A stretch of DNA of 64,000 bases from the human T2T-CHM13v2.0 reference genome, Homo sapiens. The stretch lies in assembly GCF_009914755.1 (NCBI RefSeq), contig NC_060934.1. One strand, written 5' to 3'. The notes below the pieces were generated by a model, which had not been told where the DNA came from, ran no database searches, and saw only the letters and a list, made by a program, of their open reading frames with translations. This document shows positions 13,122-31,799 of the stretch, piece by piece (within the stretch, counting starts at the first letter, position 1; the number at the start of each line of letters is the position of its first letter). The position numbers were made by a program, and so were the translations under genes.

Positions 13122-14696
13122 GAGGGCCTCATTTTTATGAGTAGATGTATACTTAATATATGTTTCTAAATAAAGACAGTTTACTTCACATATGAATGCA
13201 CTGGTAATATTACTAGAGTAAATTCTTAAGTAGATAACACTCTAAATATAACTATCATTAGATAAAACACTATATAAAACATATACCCATCGGGCTCCAA
13301 ATATATAACAATCATATAGAAAATATAACTTAGAAGTCTTACAAATTTATATGTCTAGACAAGGTGGAATAACAAGGACCACACACCATCCTCCCACAAA
13401 ACACAAGTAGAAACAGTAAAATAGATACAATGGCTTTCAGATATTGAACAACAAGCAGTGCAGGACTGTGATTTCTGAGAGAAAATAAACAAAGTAAAAA
13501 AAAGATGAGCGAACTTGAAGATTTTTAGGCTTAAACATTAAGCAAACAGATAAAAAGGCAAAGAAAAAAATTTCAGGGTAATATCAAACACTCTAACATA
13601 TGTAAAAATAGATTCTCAGAAAGAGACAAGGGGGAGGGCACGAACAATTCTGAGGGAAAAATATGCAGAAATCTTCCAATATTGATGAAAATGACAAATT
13701 CATATTTCCAGGAACAACAAACACTAACATGTTATATACAACATACACAGATACAGACACAAACAGCATATACCAAAGCTCATCATAATTATTTTGCTTA
13801 AAGCCAGTAACTAAATGATAGCCTTGAACGTAATGAGAGCAAATAGTCACAATACGTACAGAGGGAAAATTGTAGGAAAAATTGTAAGCACAACTGCAGA
13901 CTTCTAATCAAAAATTATGCATGCCAAAAGACAATGAATTCATAATTTTTAAGCACTAAAAGGAAAATAGACATATTGAGCTAGAATTCTTTATTTAGCA
14001 ATAATTTACTTCTAAGCTGATGGTAAGGTTAAAAAAAAGACAACACAAAAGCTGAGAAAAGTTTGAGTAGCAAACCACAATGACTAGATATATTAATAGA
14101 ATTTCTTCAAGTGTAAAGAAAATGATACCAGAAATAAACTTGAACCTAAACAAAGAGATAAAGAGAAGGAAAAATATATATTTTTTGTTATATAAAATAT
14201 AAAATATATTTTTCTTTTAAAAATTAAAAGCTAATTGACACTTCAAAGCAAATTATATGATATGTTTTGGCATGTAATATATACAGAAGTAAAATATATG
14301 ACCAAAATAGTAGAAAGGGTCAGAGTGGAGTAATGAAAGTATTTTGTTACAGGTATTTTCTATTATACATAAAGTGAGATAATATTTAAAAGTCTAATGC
14401 TGTAAGTTGAAGCTGTCTAGCTAAATAACTAATATTAAACATGTAGCAGGATCATGAAACTACTTAGTTAATAAAAAAGAAGGCAGTAAAAGAGTAGAAA
14501 AACAGCAAAGAATAGATAGAAAAGTGGAAAAGAAATTGAAAAATGGTAAATTTAAATCTAATTATACTGTTTAAACATAAATTGCAAAAACAGTCTCATT
14601 AAGATGCAGAAATGGTCTGAATAAATTTTAAGAAATCAAGTCCCAACTAAATGCTTCCAACAAAAAACTCGGTTAGCTTAAAATTTAAATAAGCTA

Positions 14697-15080
<384 letters not shown>

Positions 15081-15804
15081 TACCAGAAAAGTAGATTTAA
15101 ATGGAACAGTACTAGGATAAAGAGAGACATAAAAAATCAGTTCAGCAAGAACATATCACAATTGTAAACGTATATGCAACCAATAAGAGATCTTCAAAAT
15201 AAATTAAAAACTGAAAAACCTGCAAGGAAATATAGGCAAATTCAAAATTACATGTACAATTTTAACACTGTCCAGTAATTGATAGAATAAGTAGACAAAA
15301 ATAAATAAATAACAAGGTTATGGAAGAATTGGAGAACACAAACAACTGGACTCCCTTGATATTTAGAGAAATACTTACCCAGCAGTAGTATAAAATATAT
15401 TTTTATCTCAAGTGCACATGAAATGTTTACCGAGATAGAACATACAATTAGCATTGAAACACACATTAATATACGGTAAAAGATTAAATTCATACACATC
15501 AAAATCTGTCCAACAACATAATTCATTTAGAAATCGATACTAGAAAAATGGCTGGAAAGTGGCATATATTTGGAAGTTACAGACTACTTTTTAAAGTAGC
15601 ATAGAGTCAAAAAAGAAATAACAAAAAATGAGAAAAAAATTCTAAATTAAGAAAAGTAAATATGAAAAACATCAAAATTTGTTGTATGTGGTTTCAGTTG
15701 TGCTTCTAAAAAATGTATAGCTTTAAATGCTTATCTAGACAGTCTCAAATAAATGCCCAAAGCCTTTACCTCAATAAACAAGAACAAAAGAAAAAATAAA
15801 CCTA

Positions 15805-16464
<660 letters not shown>

Positions 16465-16589
16465 TTAATGTTTATGATTTGGATGACTCGATGTGGTTAA
16501 TGTCTATTCTCTTCAACTGATATATAGATTCAACCCAATCCCAACCAAAATGACAGAGGGTTTTAATTTTTTAAATTAAAAAATTAATA

Positions 16590-16650
16590 ATTTGGATAAT
16601 ATAATATAATCTGGACAATATAATAATCTGGATAATATAGTAATCTGGAT
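16590..16650. repeat. Short tandem array of about 17-bp unit ATCTGGATAATATAATA (3-4 copies)
   Basis: 'atctggacaatataata atctggataatatagta atctggata'. Confidence 0.8.
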
Positions 16651-17179
16651 AGCTGCATAGTTTTGAAAAAGAACAAAATGATAGGTCTCATGTTATCAAG
16701 CTAATATGATACAGGCAAAGGGACAGAGACACAGTTTGATAAAATGAAGTAGAAAGCCCAGAAATAGATCACACAAATGCACTCAGCTGATACTTGACAA
16801 AGCTGCAAAAGCACTTCAATGGTAAAAATACAGACTTCAACAACTATTGCTGGAACAATTAAACACTCATATTTAAAAATTGTCATTATTTTAATGCATA
16901 GATAACATGGTGCCACACTGGGGAAATCAAACATATCAGCTAAGCATAAGTAAAAGTAAAATTCATGGAAATATCCTAACATCCTACCTCCCATCACTTT
17001 CAACATTTTGATATATATTTCTCCAGATTTCCCGCAGGAAATATTGATTTATGGATGCATTTCTGTGTCTATAGATTTATCTGTGGGTATATGCATCTGT
17101 CTATTTATGGGTCTATATTTCTACCCATTCATCCACCCATTCTTTTCCCATTCATCCATCTATCATCCACCTAAGTATC

Positions 17180-17574
17180 TGTTAAAAGGAAAACTTTAGT
17201 GGAATTAAATGTAAGAGTTTAATTGAACAGAGTACAACTTGTGAATTGGGTGGCCTCCTGAGCCAGATTAGCCTCAGAGACTTCAGCACAGCATGTGGTG
17301 GAAGATTTATGGACAGAAAAACAAAAGTGATGTACAGAAAACGAAAGTGAGGCACAGAAACAACTGGATTGTTTGCAGCTTGGCTTTTGCCTCATTTGAA
17401 AAGAGCTTGAACAGCTGGCCACCTTTGATTGGCCAAAACTTGGTGACTGGCACAAGAATAGGCTACAGTCTGTTTACACCTCCATTTAGGTTACAGTTCA
17501 CTATGTACAGAGAAATCTTTAGGCTGAACTTAAAATAGGTAAGGAGACAGCTTTAGGCTAAAGTTTATTGAATA
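17180..17574 (-). mobile_element. Solo LTR, MER57-like (ERV1)
   Basis: Minus strand ...TTTAGCCTAAAGCTGTCTCCTTAC...AAGTTCAGCCTAAAGATTTCTCTGTACATAGTGAACTGTAACC. Contains a CCAAT box. About 395 bp. Confidence 0.8.
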
Positions 17575-17667
17575 CGTCTATACACATTTTTATTGTATAT
17601 TTACTATATAAAAATATTTCCAATATAGAAAGAATGTATCTCATTCCCTAAGAGTATCTCTTATTAA

Positions 17668-18013
<346 letters not shown>

Positions 18014-18444
18014 CAGTGATACTTCTTTTTTAGAGTTTATATTATATTTTGAAAAACAGGTAGGTATACTTATATGCATGTATATCAAGTTGCAAGGCTG
18101 TAATATGTATATATTGAAAGTATATGTAATTTTATTTTTATATTTATAAAAGTGAAATGGCACTTCCCCTTTTTATTTTTCTCTAAGTTCTGACAATGGG
18201 TTGATCCCAATTTTCCTAAATGGTTTTTGCCTACTTGAAATCTATAGCATTAATTGATGATATTGCTTCTTTTTCCCTTAGAGCATGTGGTTTCACAGTG
18301 ATTTTTGTGTGCTTTTTTTTTTTTCCGCACAAGAATTGCTTCTTCAGCTACATTGTAAGATTTTTGAGGACAGATAATTTTTATAGCCTAACAATTAGTA
18401 AAATACTTAGGAAAAATAATTGTAGGCTTTCAAGAACATTTATT

Positions 18445-18812
<368 letters not shown>

Positions 18813-19175
18813 TAAATACATTTTTCACAATTTAGTCATGAAGTCAGTGTGAACTAGAGGTGTGTTAAATGATAGGGTAGTTGGTGAATGGATGTATGAC
18901 TGCTTGGGCTATCTTCCTGCTGTTTGTCCAGATTTCCAAATATACTTGCTTCAAATAAACTGAATGTTAGCTGGAGAAAACGGAAAATGTTTGCAAAAGT
19001 TTATACAGAGTTTAAGCACATAACATCAAGTCAACCAAAGTCAGTCATTTAACCTTTAGGAAATTTTTCCTTGTTCATCGGGTTAGCTTTTCCCAGCAAA
19101 GAGAATGTTTTACAAGAAATTATTTACCTTATCCCACAGAAAAATGAAATTAAGCAAACTCTGGAAGGAGACTGA

Positions 19176-19613
<438 letters not shown>

Positions 19614-20951
19614 TAATATGCTTACCATGAAAATTGTGTATAGTCCTTCCAATAAGGCTGTTGGGTATGGGTAAACTGCAAATTCAAGAGAAACTGGAAA
19701 AAAAATGATTATAACATATTTATTGTAGGTGGCAAATTGTCCCATTTCAGTGGAGAGATCTCACTCCCCTACAGGGTTATTTAAATACAACCTCAAATTA
19801 TGAAGATCCTTCAATTAATTATATTAATGTTCTATTCCTTAAAAACTGCCTGTTTGGAAACAGCAAAAAACCTCAAAAAAACAAACAAAAAACAATGAAA
19901 GAAAAAAATCATTTTGCGCTATTTGGGAGACTTAATATATTTTATTTTATCATCTCTATCTCTCATAATGATGTTATTTTTTGCAAACTAAACTAAAGAA
20001 ACAGCCTGTAACACAAACAACTGTTTTAGTAGGAACATTTAATTGCCCTTCATTTTAGCAAATGTATTTTCAACAGTCTTGTGATTCAAAGATACAATTA
20101 GAATGTTTATCTTTATTTTTTTTTCTTTTGGAAAAAGGTCATACTTCTGGCAGAGAGGAACTGTAATGACTTTTCTTTTTTTTTTCCTTCTGTATCTGTA
20201 GTATGTTTCATCTCCTACTGACATCTAATTGCAAATAAAATTCTCTTTGGGATGCATTACAGGCCAGAAAATTGGTTGGAATATGGATCTTCACTGGGAT
20301 TTTGCTACATTAAAGAATAACCAATACTTTGTGTCTACATAAAAACACCTTCGGTATGAAAAATCTCATTGTAAAACACCACTTAAGAAAACAATACATG
20401 TTGTGGAAGGAATTTATGCAAGATGGTTAAGATGCTAATCTTTTAGCATCTCATTATTTTATTAATTTCTCATCTATGGTTTCTTTCATGAGATTTTTTT
20501 TTCAAAGTAAAAAATGCAACAAATAAAAATGAGTTCCTACCTATATACTTACAGATTAAAAAGCTTCAGAAAAGAAGTAACATTCATACCACACAAAATA
20601 AATTTCTACACACAAATTGCATATAAATTGAAGAAGAAAACCAAAAATAATTTTTGGGAAGTTACTTCTAAACTACTTTTTACATTAGCAGCTGTTAGAA
20701 AAAAATCCTGATTGACTTTAAAGAAAACTACAAAGATTTTTTACAAAGAGAAAGGATTATAATAACCTCAGATTTTTGCAAAGGCATCAAGTCCAAGAAT
20801 GTGAATTTATATCATGTTAAATCATTAAGCCAGTGGCTGAGAGGTTAAAGATATTTTTAGAAATACAAGGAAAAGATTTAACCTTTAACAGAATTTTTCA
20901 ATAAAATAAGGTGAGTAATTAAAGAAAAAGAATGACAAGGGAAGCAGAACA

Positions 20952-20974
20952 TATATATATATATATATATATAT
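20952..20974. repeat. (TA)n microsatellite
   Basis: Direct reading. Confidence 0.9.
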
Positions 20975-21239
20975 GTCATATCAAGCAATGCAGTATTTCA
21001 GATGGACAGATGAAGAAAGGAGCTTCAGAAGACAGGTTTTCAGAAGACAGTATTTAACTGAATATCAGGTAAACTGGAACATTTGGAGCAAAACAAACTT
21101 AACCTTATAAGTAGGTTGTAGCTAGTTCCATTTCAACAAAGGGGTAATGTTATGCTACTTAATAAATTGAGAACAAAGAAAAGAGCTAATATTACCATTT
21201 TGATTATATTGTACAATAAATCTGAAAAAAGTGAATACA

Positions 21240-22360
21240 ATGTGTAAATTTTAAAGGAAGAAACAAAATTATCATTCATATATGATATTATTGCCTATGT
21301 GAATATATAGCAGAATCATTTGGTAAAATTTTAGAATTAAGAAAAGAGCTTAAGAAGGTTGCTAGAAATATGATTAATATAAATATTAATTGCATTTCTA
21401 TACAGCGTAACAAAGTATTAGAAGAAAATATTTTAGAAGTTTTTTATTTCATAAACCATATATTTGTGTGTAATTTGCAGTAGCAAATGTATGTTTGTTA
21501 AAATAAGTAGTCTTTCAAAATGTACATTATATGTAGTCAAACATAGGCTATATATGATGTATTATGTATTAGATATGTCATTTCATGTGTCATATTATAT
21601 ACAAGTGTCATATATATCCACAAAAAGATGGACAAGACTTATTTTGGTAAAATTTTAATAAATATCTTATTAAGATTAAGTATATTGACCTAAATAATGA
21701 AGAAATATGCCATATTCACAAGTATATTTTTAATATATCAATTCTTTACAAATTGAAAGAAGAGTCTATGCAACATTCACCCAGCTCTCAAATTTGAGTG
21801 GAGTCATTGTTGAACTTGTAAACTGATGTTTAAATGTATACAGAAGAACAACCATGAAGAAGCCAGGCACCTTTGAAGGGGGTAGACATCAAGAGTTATT
21901 TTAGCACAGGAATTAAAAAAAAAAAAAAGAAAAAAAGACTAATGCAATAGAATGGAGAACTCACACTTACATCTACACACATATGTAAGCAAATAAAAAA
22001 TAATTGATAATTTAATAAATGGGACTGCAGCAATCAGTTTCTATTAAGGGAAGAATATGTAATTGAATTCTTACATTATAAAATGTTTCTAAATGGATGA
22101 AAAATTGAAGTATCAAAACCAAATTTAAAAACATTTGGAGAAAACACAGGTGAATATCTATTATGTGTCAGTAGGAAAGGATTTCTTAAACAGAACAAAA
22201 AAGTCCACGTTAAAAGAAATAAATGATAAATTTGATTCCATTAAAATTGAAGATACCTATTAAGCACAATAAATGATAAAGAACTTTTAAAAATTCACCT
22301 AAGGATATTTACTTAACATGTAAGTGATAAATAATTCGTATCTATAATATAAAGTATGCA
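21240..22360 (+). mobile_element. Ancient L1M (ME-type) ORF2 3' remnant
   Basis: 'aggaagaaacaaaattatcatt...gatattattgcctatgt', 'aaggttgctagaaatatgattaatata', 'ggaaaggatttcttaaac'. Confidence 0.65.
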
Positions 22361-23299
22361 ATAATGAAGAATATAACATATATAATCTTAATATATAAAT
22401 AAATTTATATATTCTATTCCCTCTATTTTCTCTTACAAAATATTGTTCATTGTTTTGAGACACTATTATCCACCTACTGCAATATCAAATTTGATGGTAT
22501 TTTGGAAATCTCCATCACGCATTTTAGGATGCACCAATATAATATACCTTCTGTTACAGATCTCCAAAATCTTGCTATTTAATAGAAGCCTTGCCCAGAA
22601 GCCAGTTTCAGGCATTATGCACCTCTAACAAAGTAATTTCACTTAGATTCTGATCGCATGAACATAATAACTTCAAGACAATCAAGACAAGGTGCTGATC
22701 TTCTGTGGATGCCTCCCTGGGAGGTGAGTATTCTGAAGACTAAAGCCCACACAGGTGAAACTGATTTTGGTATGAGGTGAGGCAGGGCACATAGTGGATT
22801 CAGATCTTTAAAAGCAGACAGTGCAGAACTGGTATGACTTCAGTTTGGTAGAATTAGCTATCTAAATAAAATATTAATCTGAGTATATCTTTAAGGCAAG
22901 AAAAATTACATCACAATTGCATAAACTACACAGATCATTCCTCTGACTGGTTTGTCTGTTCGTTGTTTTGGTTTGTTTGGAATCAAGGATTCACTTTGAC
23001 TGACAGTAAACTAAAAGGATAACCAGAATACTACCCCAAAAGTATCCTGAATGGGAAACAGGAATGTCCAGTAGAATTAATAATAAAAAACACCTATCAT
23101 TAGGAATTAGGCTCTCTGGATTCTCATTTCTCCACTAGTTACCTGTGATATTGGGAGGTCATTTGGGCAGCATTTAATTCGTAAATGAATGTCCATTGAT
23201 CTTCCAAAAGTATTCTGAATTTTTATTTTTTATCGAATATAGCAAAATTTTGAAAAGAGACTGCAGCAAGATAAGAACCAAGCAGAAAGATGCAAACAG

Positions 23300-23508
23300 G
23301 AGGATACCGTAAAAACCTAGTTGAAAATGAGGGTAGAGATCAGGGCAAAGGCAACAGAGATAGTAAGAAATGGTCAGATTCAAGAGATTTTGGTCACAGT
23401 AGAGTTTTGTTGGAGTGAATGTGGCATACGAAAAGAAAGAGGAGTTTAAGGTAGCTTCAAATTATGGCCTGAGCACCTGGAAGGGATGGTGTTCTCATCA
23501 ACTGAGGG
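23300..23508 (-). mobile_element. L2 fragment
   Basis: 'agaaatggtcagattcaagagatttt...ggcctgagcacctggaagggatggtg', typical of antisense L2. Confidence 0.65.
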
Positions 23509-23514
23509 GCAGCC

Positions 23515-23745
23515 TAGAGCAAGAGTGCTTGACAAGATCTGACTGTCTGCGTTAGAATCTTGGCTCTGAAATTGACTGGGATTTTGGACAAGTTAGTTAA
23601 TTTTTGTGTATCTTGTTTCCCTTCTCTGTGAAAAGGAGTTGATTATATTATTACTGTATAAAGTTGTTTAATCCATAAATGAGAGAATTTATGTAAAGGA
23701 TTTAGAACAGTGAGTGGTTCATAGTAAGCACTCAATAAACGATAT
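23515..23745 (+). mobile_element. MIR
   Basis: Core 'ttggacaagttagttaat...gtttccc' and 3' end 'ttagaacagtgagtggttcatagtaagcactcaataaa'. Confidence 0.75.
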
Positions 23746-24089
23746 TCTCTATGATTCTCCTGAAACTAGCCTGAGAACAAAGACCCTGCACAAGATCCCC
23801 TTGTAAACAAGGAGGCAGTGCTACCGTCAGAGAAGATGTCACAATCCATATGTTAAAGATCACTAAATTTTAGTAAAATCAAGCTGTTGACGTTTACTTC
23901 CTGCTTAATCAAATAGTTTGCTCAACCAACCTAGTAATTGGCTGCCATGAAATTTGCCTCCAAATGGACTGTGACTAATTGAAACAAAAATGGATGGTTC
24001 AGTAGCAAAGCTTAGTCTTAATCAGCGTGTCTAGTAGGATAACTCTGAGTTTTTATCCATGTGTTTGAAAACAAATTAAGTTGGAATGT

Positions 24090-24280
24090 TGTCAAGTCAG
24101 ACAGAACTGGTTTCCATTTATGCTTCCATGCTTACTGACTGTATGACCTTCAGTTTCCTCAATTACAAATGAGGGTAACAGTGTAAATAATGTCATGGGA
24201 TTATTTGGGGGATTAAATAAGACTGTAAACCCACTTAGCATAGTTCTATGGCTATCGTAGTTGTTCAGTAAATATTAATC
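24090..24280 (+). mobile_element. MIR
   Basis: 'gtcagacagaactggtttc...ctgtatgaccttcagtttcctc...cacttagcatagt...tcagtaaatatta'. Confidence 0.7.
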
Positions 24281-26944
24281 GTTCTGATAGTGATGGTAAG
24301 AATTCTGATGCTGATAATTGAAAGCACGGTGAATAGTCATTCATGAACTGATAATCAAGAAAATTACAAGAAAGTCATTTTTATAACGTCTACTATTTAC
24401 CTCTAGCAGCTTTTAAAAGTCTAATAAATGAAGCATATTATCCATGAGTGTTTAATAGTGGAATGAGGTGCCACAACTCTCACATGGATAAAATATATTA
24501 GGTTTTTATTTGCTCCCCAAACAACATGCCTCCACTTTCCTTCCCTATTCTCTTTCCAAAAAGAATAACATATTCAGGTTTATGTGTATGTTAGCATCCT
24601 TTAGGACTCTTTAATCTCTTTTTGAAGCACTGTAGAAAGTAATGAGATCCCCAAAGAAAGCCTGAAGGGCCTCTAAATAACCAGAAAGGAATAGCTAATC
24701 TCTTACAGTCAAGCCTTGTAAAAAAGCAATTTGTTCATTAATGATAGAAATAAAGCATCTTCACTTGAGAATTAATCCTCATCTTCCATAAAACAAAATC
24801 ACCTTCTGAATACATGTGAAGAGAAACAGACAGGACTGGAGTCAGTGGGGGTAAATCTTGCATAATACACTAGCCTTAATAGTGCTGCTAAAAAAAGAAA
24901 AAAGAAAAAAGAAAGACTGAAAATCTCATTAGCACCTTATCTCATGGAGCACTCAAAGGTAATCAGCAAAGGAGGGGGGTCTTGCAATGCAATTAGTGGC
25001 TGTTAAATTTAGAGAAAATTAGAGGGGCTATTCTCTACCCAGTTCCTAGTCAACGTTGAGTCACTGGGCTGAATTTTTTAAGGGCTGGTTCATTAAGAAA
25101 CAATCACAGCAGGTGTAGTTTTCCATGTTAAGACAAGAGTCAGCATTCTTTATGCCTTCAGTCAACCCAGTGGGACATTAAGGCATGCTTCCCAGCACAG
25201 CACATTTATTTGAAATTTTTGTTTACCTCTGAACACCTGCAGGACTAGGTTCCTGACATATTAAATATGTGTATCACACTTTGTACTTGAATTATACTTT
25301 ACACTTTTCTCACTTTAGATGCTGTATTTTTGCCACACATTACACTTATGAAGTGACATATAATCATTTCCTTGGGCTATTACTTACAGCACTCTAGTGG
25401 ATGTATGTGAGTGCAGTATTACCTATTTTAAAGATGGAAACACTCACCTATCTGTCTGTCGATCTATCACCCATCTATGAGTTGATAAGTATCTTTTCAA
25501 AATTAAGTAGAACAATTTTATTTTCAAGACTCATTTGCTAAACCTATTGTATAAAGTTTTCTGAACTTACAAGGAGGCAAAGTTGTAAAATAAAGAAGAT
25601 AATATATTAGGTGTGATTCCCTAAAAGCCTTTCATCTTTTTTCATTATCTCCCAGTCTCTTTATTTTAAGATACTATATATAAAGAAATTACTCACTCCC
25701 TCCCATTTTTGTCCTGAAATGTGGAGTCATGTAAACTAATTGCTTCAATCTGAAGACAAAACCTCAGTGATCTAAAACCTTGTATGTCTCTGAAATCATA
25801 CAAGTCAAAATGTAACTACATATGTGTAAATGATTTGTAAACTGTAAATGAGAAACATAATTTTACATTTCATCTGTGGAGATTATTATTTATGACTAGC
25901 TATTTGGTTCCTAGAACAAAGTACAGCAGCTTTCCAGGTGTTTATTGGAAAGAAGTAAGGAGGTTCTTGGGAAGAGGCATAGACTATTTCAGATAATTAG
26001 CATAATTTGTTAAAACCATATTTGTTAATTCCGAGGATTAAAGCATGGGCTGGAAAAATACAATCGCAGTAACATCACAGTGACATCTGTACTAGTGAAG
26101 TTACAGAAAAAGGACTTTCTAGACTGAAGAGAACTAAGTTATACTGGGTCTTATAAAGTTTATAAAAATAACGCCCACTCAAAAAAAAAAAGGAAATTGA
26201 CACTATAAAAAAATTACAAAACTTCTATAATTGATTAGATAGCTGCATAACAGTTGCAACTTTATATTATAAAAAAGTAATCACCTATGTTTTGAAGATT
26301 TAGGAGACACATATTGAATACATTTTCAAAGAACACAAACAAAACTAAAAATTCTTATAATAATGAGAAATAGACCCCGAAGATTTCTAGAGTAGCATGA
26401 CATAAAGTGCTGTTAAATGGCAAACTGTCATTCCCAAAGGATTATCAAATATATGCTTCTGAGGCAACTGACTTTCCCATGTGGGGATAACAAAGGTAAG
26501 CTGGGGATAAAATATGGATGATAATGGAGTTAAGTCATCCCTTATACCATAGTAATATTTTAAAAAGCATTAAAACAAAAATATATCAATATTACAAGAA
26601 AATATCCACAGCTTGAAGTCTGTGCTCACAGGACATCTGAAACTCTAATAGATAACCTATGATCCTTCTGATTTGAGGAAAAGATGACAGACAGAATTGA
26701 AAGACACAATAGCCACTGGAGGGTAGGAGGAAGTAATGGCAGGGAAAGGCTAGAGATAGGGAACTCCAAATTCTGCATAGAAGTGTGCTCAAATCTATGG
26801 CTGGGCATGATTTCAGAATGTGCACTGAATGAATTCAAGGCAGCACAGGAAAAGACCAAACAACTTAACAAAAATTTGAGCTTATACCAAAAGAGAGAAT
26901 TTGGAGTTTATTGCTGCATATGGTGTTAAGTAAAAATCTAATTT

Positions 26945-28317
26945 ATTGTTTCTTTAATGACCATCCAGTTGCTTTCTGACCATGTACTAAAAATATTATG
27001 TTTACTTTTTTGACATGATATGCCACATAGATTATGTACTCTATGTACATCTATTTCTAGGGTTTCTATTCTATTCACTCGTAACCTGGCCACTTATGCT
27101 CTAGTTTTAATTATGAGACTTTACTGAATGGTTTGAAGGCTGATAAAGGGCTGTTGTCCTTTGGATTATTTCTCTTTCTCAGTGGTTTCCTTGTTCTTTT
27201 TGCAGATTTTTTTCCATATAAACTATGGTATCAGCATGTTTAGTTCCAAAGTAACAGGTTTGTTGGCATTTTTATTATGAAAGAAAGTGCTATATTAACT
27301 TAGGAAGAACTAACATTTTGAAGGTGTTGAGTCATGCTTGTTAGGATCAAGGGATGTCTATTCATTTGTTCAAATCTAACATTGTGTTGATCAGGAGTAC
27401 TTTAAATTTTTCCTTATAAACACTTTGGACATTTCCTATTAACTTTATCCTTAAGTATTTGATTATCTTTGTTATTATAAATGGGGTTTTCTCTACCATT
27501 ATGTCCAAAAACTAGTTATTGTTTATTACAAAAATGTATTGATTTCTATACATTATTTTTGTATCATGCTATATTCATTACTTATTTTGTTGGTTGAGTT
27601 AGTTCTAGCATTGTTTCCCTGTGGTTTTTCAGGTGTACTTGTACATCATCTGCAAGTATCTTTTTTCTTCTTCATTAACAATCATGACTCTAATTGTGGT
27701 CTCTTATTTAGTTCCACTGACTCATACCTCTAATAACTATGGAAATATTGGGCATCCCTTTCTCATTCCTTGTTTTAGAAGTACCTCTAGTTTCTTTTAC
27801 TTTTGTTTCTGATGAAGTATAATGTTGGCTTTAGGACTAAGCATGTATATTGCATTGTGTTAAGAAAGCAGCCACGAATTCCTATATTCTTGAGTGCTTT
27901 TTTCCAGAATGAGAGTTATATTTTGCTAAAAGTATTTTCAGCATCTATGTAGATAGTTACAACTCGTTCCTTTAAAAAAATCTACTGAAACAATGTATCA
28001 TAATAATGGATTTCCTGATAGCATACCAACTTTAAACCTTTAGAATAAATCCCACTTTCTCATAGTGTGTTATTAGTTTAATATAGTGGTGGATTTTGTT
28101 AATATTTTATTTAGTACATTTGCATCGATATTCAAAAATGAGATAAATCTATTGTTTTCTTTTTAATATTAGCCTTTTCAGATTTAGATAATAAGGTTAT
28201 ACTTGCTTCAAAAAATAAAATAGTAAAATTTTCTTTATTTTCAAAGCTCTGAAGTAATTTCAGGCTTATTGGGACATAGAAGATTGGAAAAACTTCTCTG
28301 TGAAACATCTGGGATTC
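26945..28317 (-). mobile_element. Ancient L1M ORF2 remnant (resumes after the MLT2 and L1PB insertions)
   Basis: Antisense L1 motifs 'gggcatccctttctcattcct', 'gtattttcagcatctat', 'aataaatcccactt', 'tgtgaaacatctggg'. Confidence 0.7.
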
Positions 28318-28877
28318 ATTTCATGTTAGGTTTCTCCAAAGATAAGAAACCAACAAGGTATGTGTGTGTGTTTTTATATATGAGTATAAATATATAAATA
28401 AATAGATGTATTTATATGTTTATAATGCATATAATATACATATAGAGTATATGTATACTTTACATACATATATAATTTTTATATGTACAGAAAGAGAGAA
28501 AAAGAAAAAGGAAAAATTTATTACTTTAAATAATTGGCTTACACTAGCACGGAGATTGTCAAGTCTAAACATCTGCAGGGTAGACCAGCAGTCTGAATAC
28601 CCAGGGAAGAGTTGATGTTGCAGTTCATCTGAATGACACCTGCCAGCAGAGTTCTCTCTTCCCAAGGGAGCTCAGTTTCTTTTCTGCTAAGGTGTTCAAC
28701 TGATTGGATGAGATCTCCTCAATTTAGAAATGGGTCATCTGCTTTACTCCAAGTCTACTGTTTTAAATGTTAATCTTATCTAAAAAAACACATTCACAGA
28801 AATATATACCATAATGTATGACTAAATATCTGGATACCATGGTCTACCCAAGTTGATACACAAAATTAGGCATCACA
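28318..28877 (-). mobile_element. MLT2 (ERVL) solo LTR with internal TA/TG microsatellite
   Basis: 'ttcaactgattggatgag' and 'caagttgatacacaaaattaggcatcaca'. 5-bp TSD gattc at 28313-28317 and 28878-28882. Confidence 0.85.
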
Positions 28878-29000
28878 GATTCTTTTTATAGAGTAGTTCC
28901 TTGGTTACTTGGAAATTGTGAGGTTCAAATACTCTATCTGTAGTTATGTCAATCTACATTTTAAAATGCAATTGTATAGAGGTTTGCAAAGTTTATTTTT

Positions 29001-31793
<2,793 letters not shown>

Positions 31794-31799
31794 TTTGTT

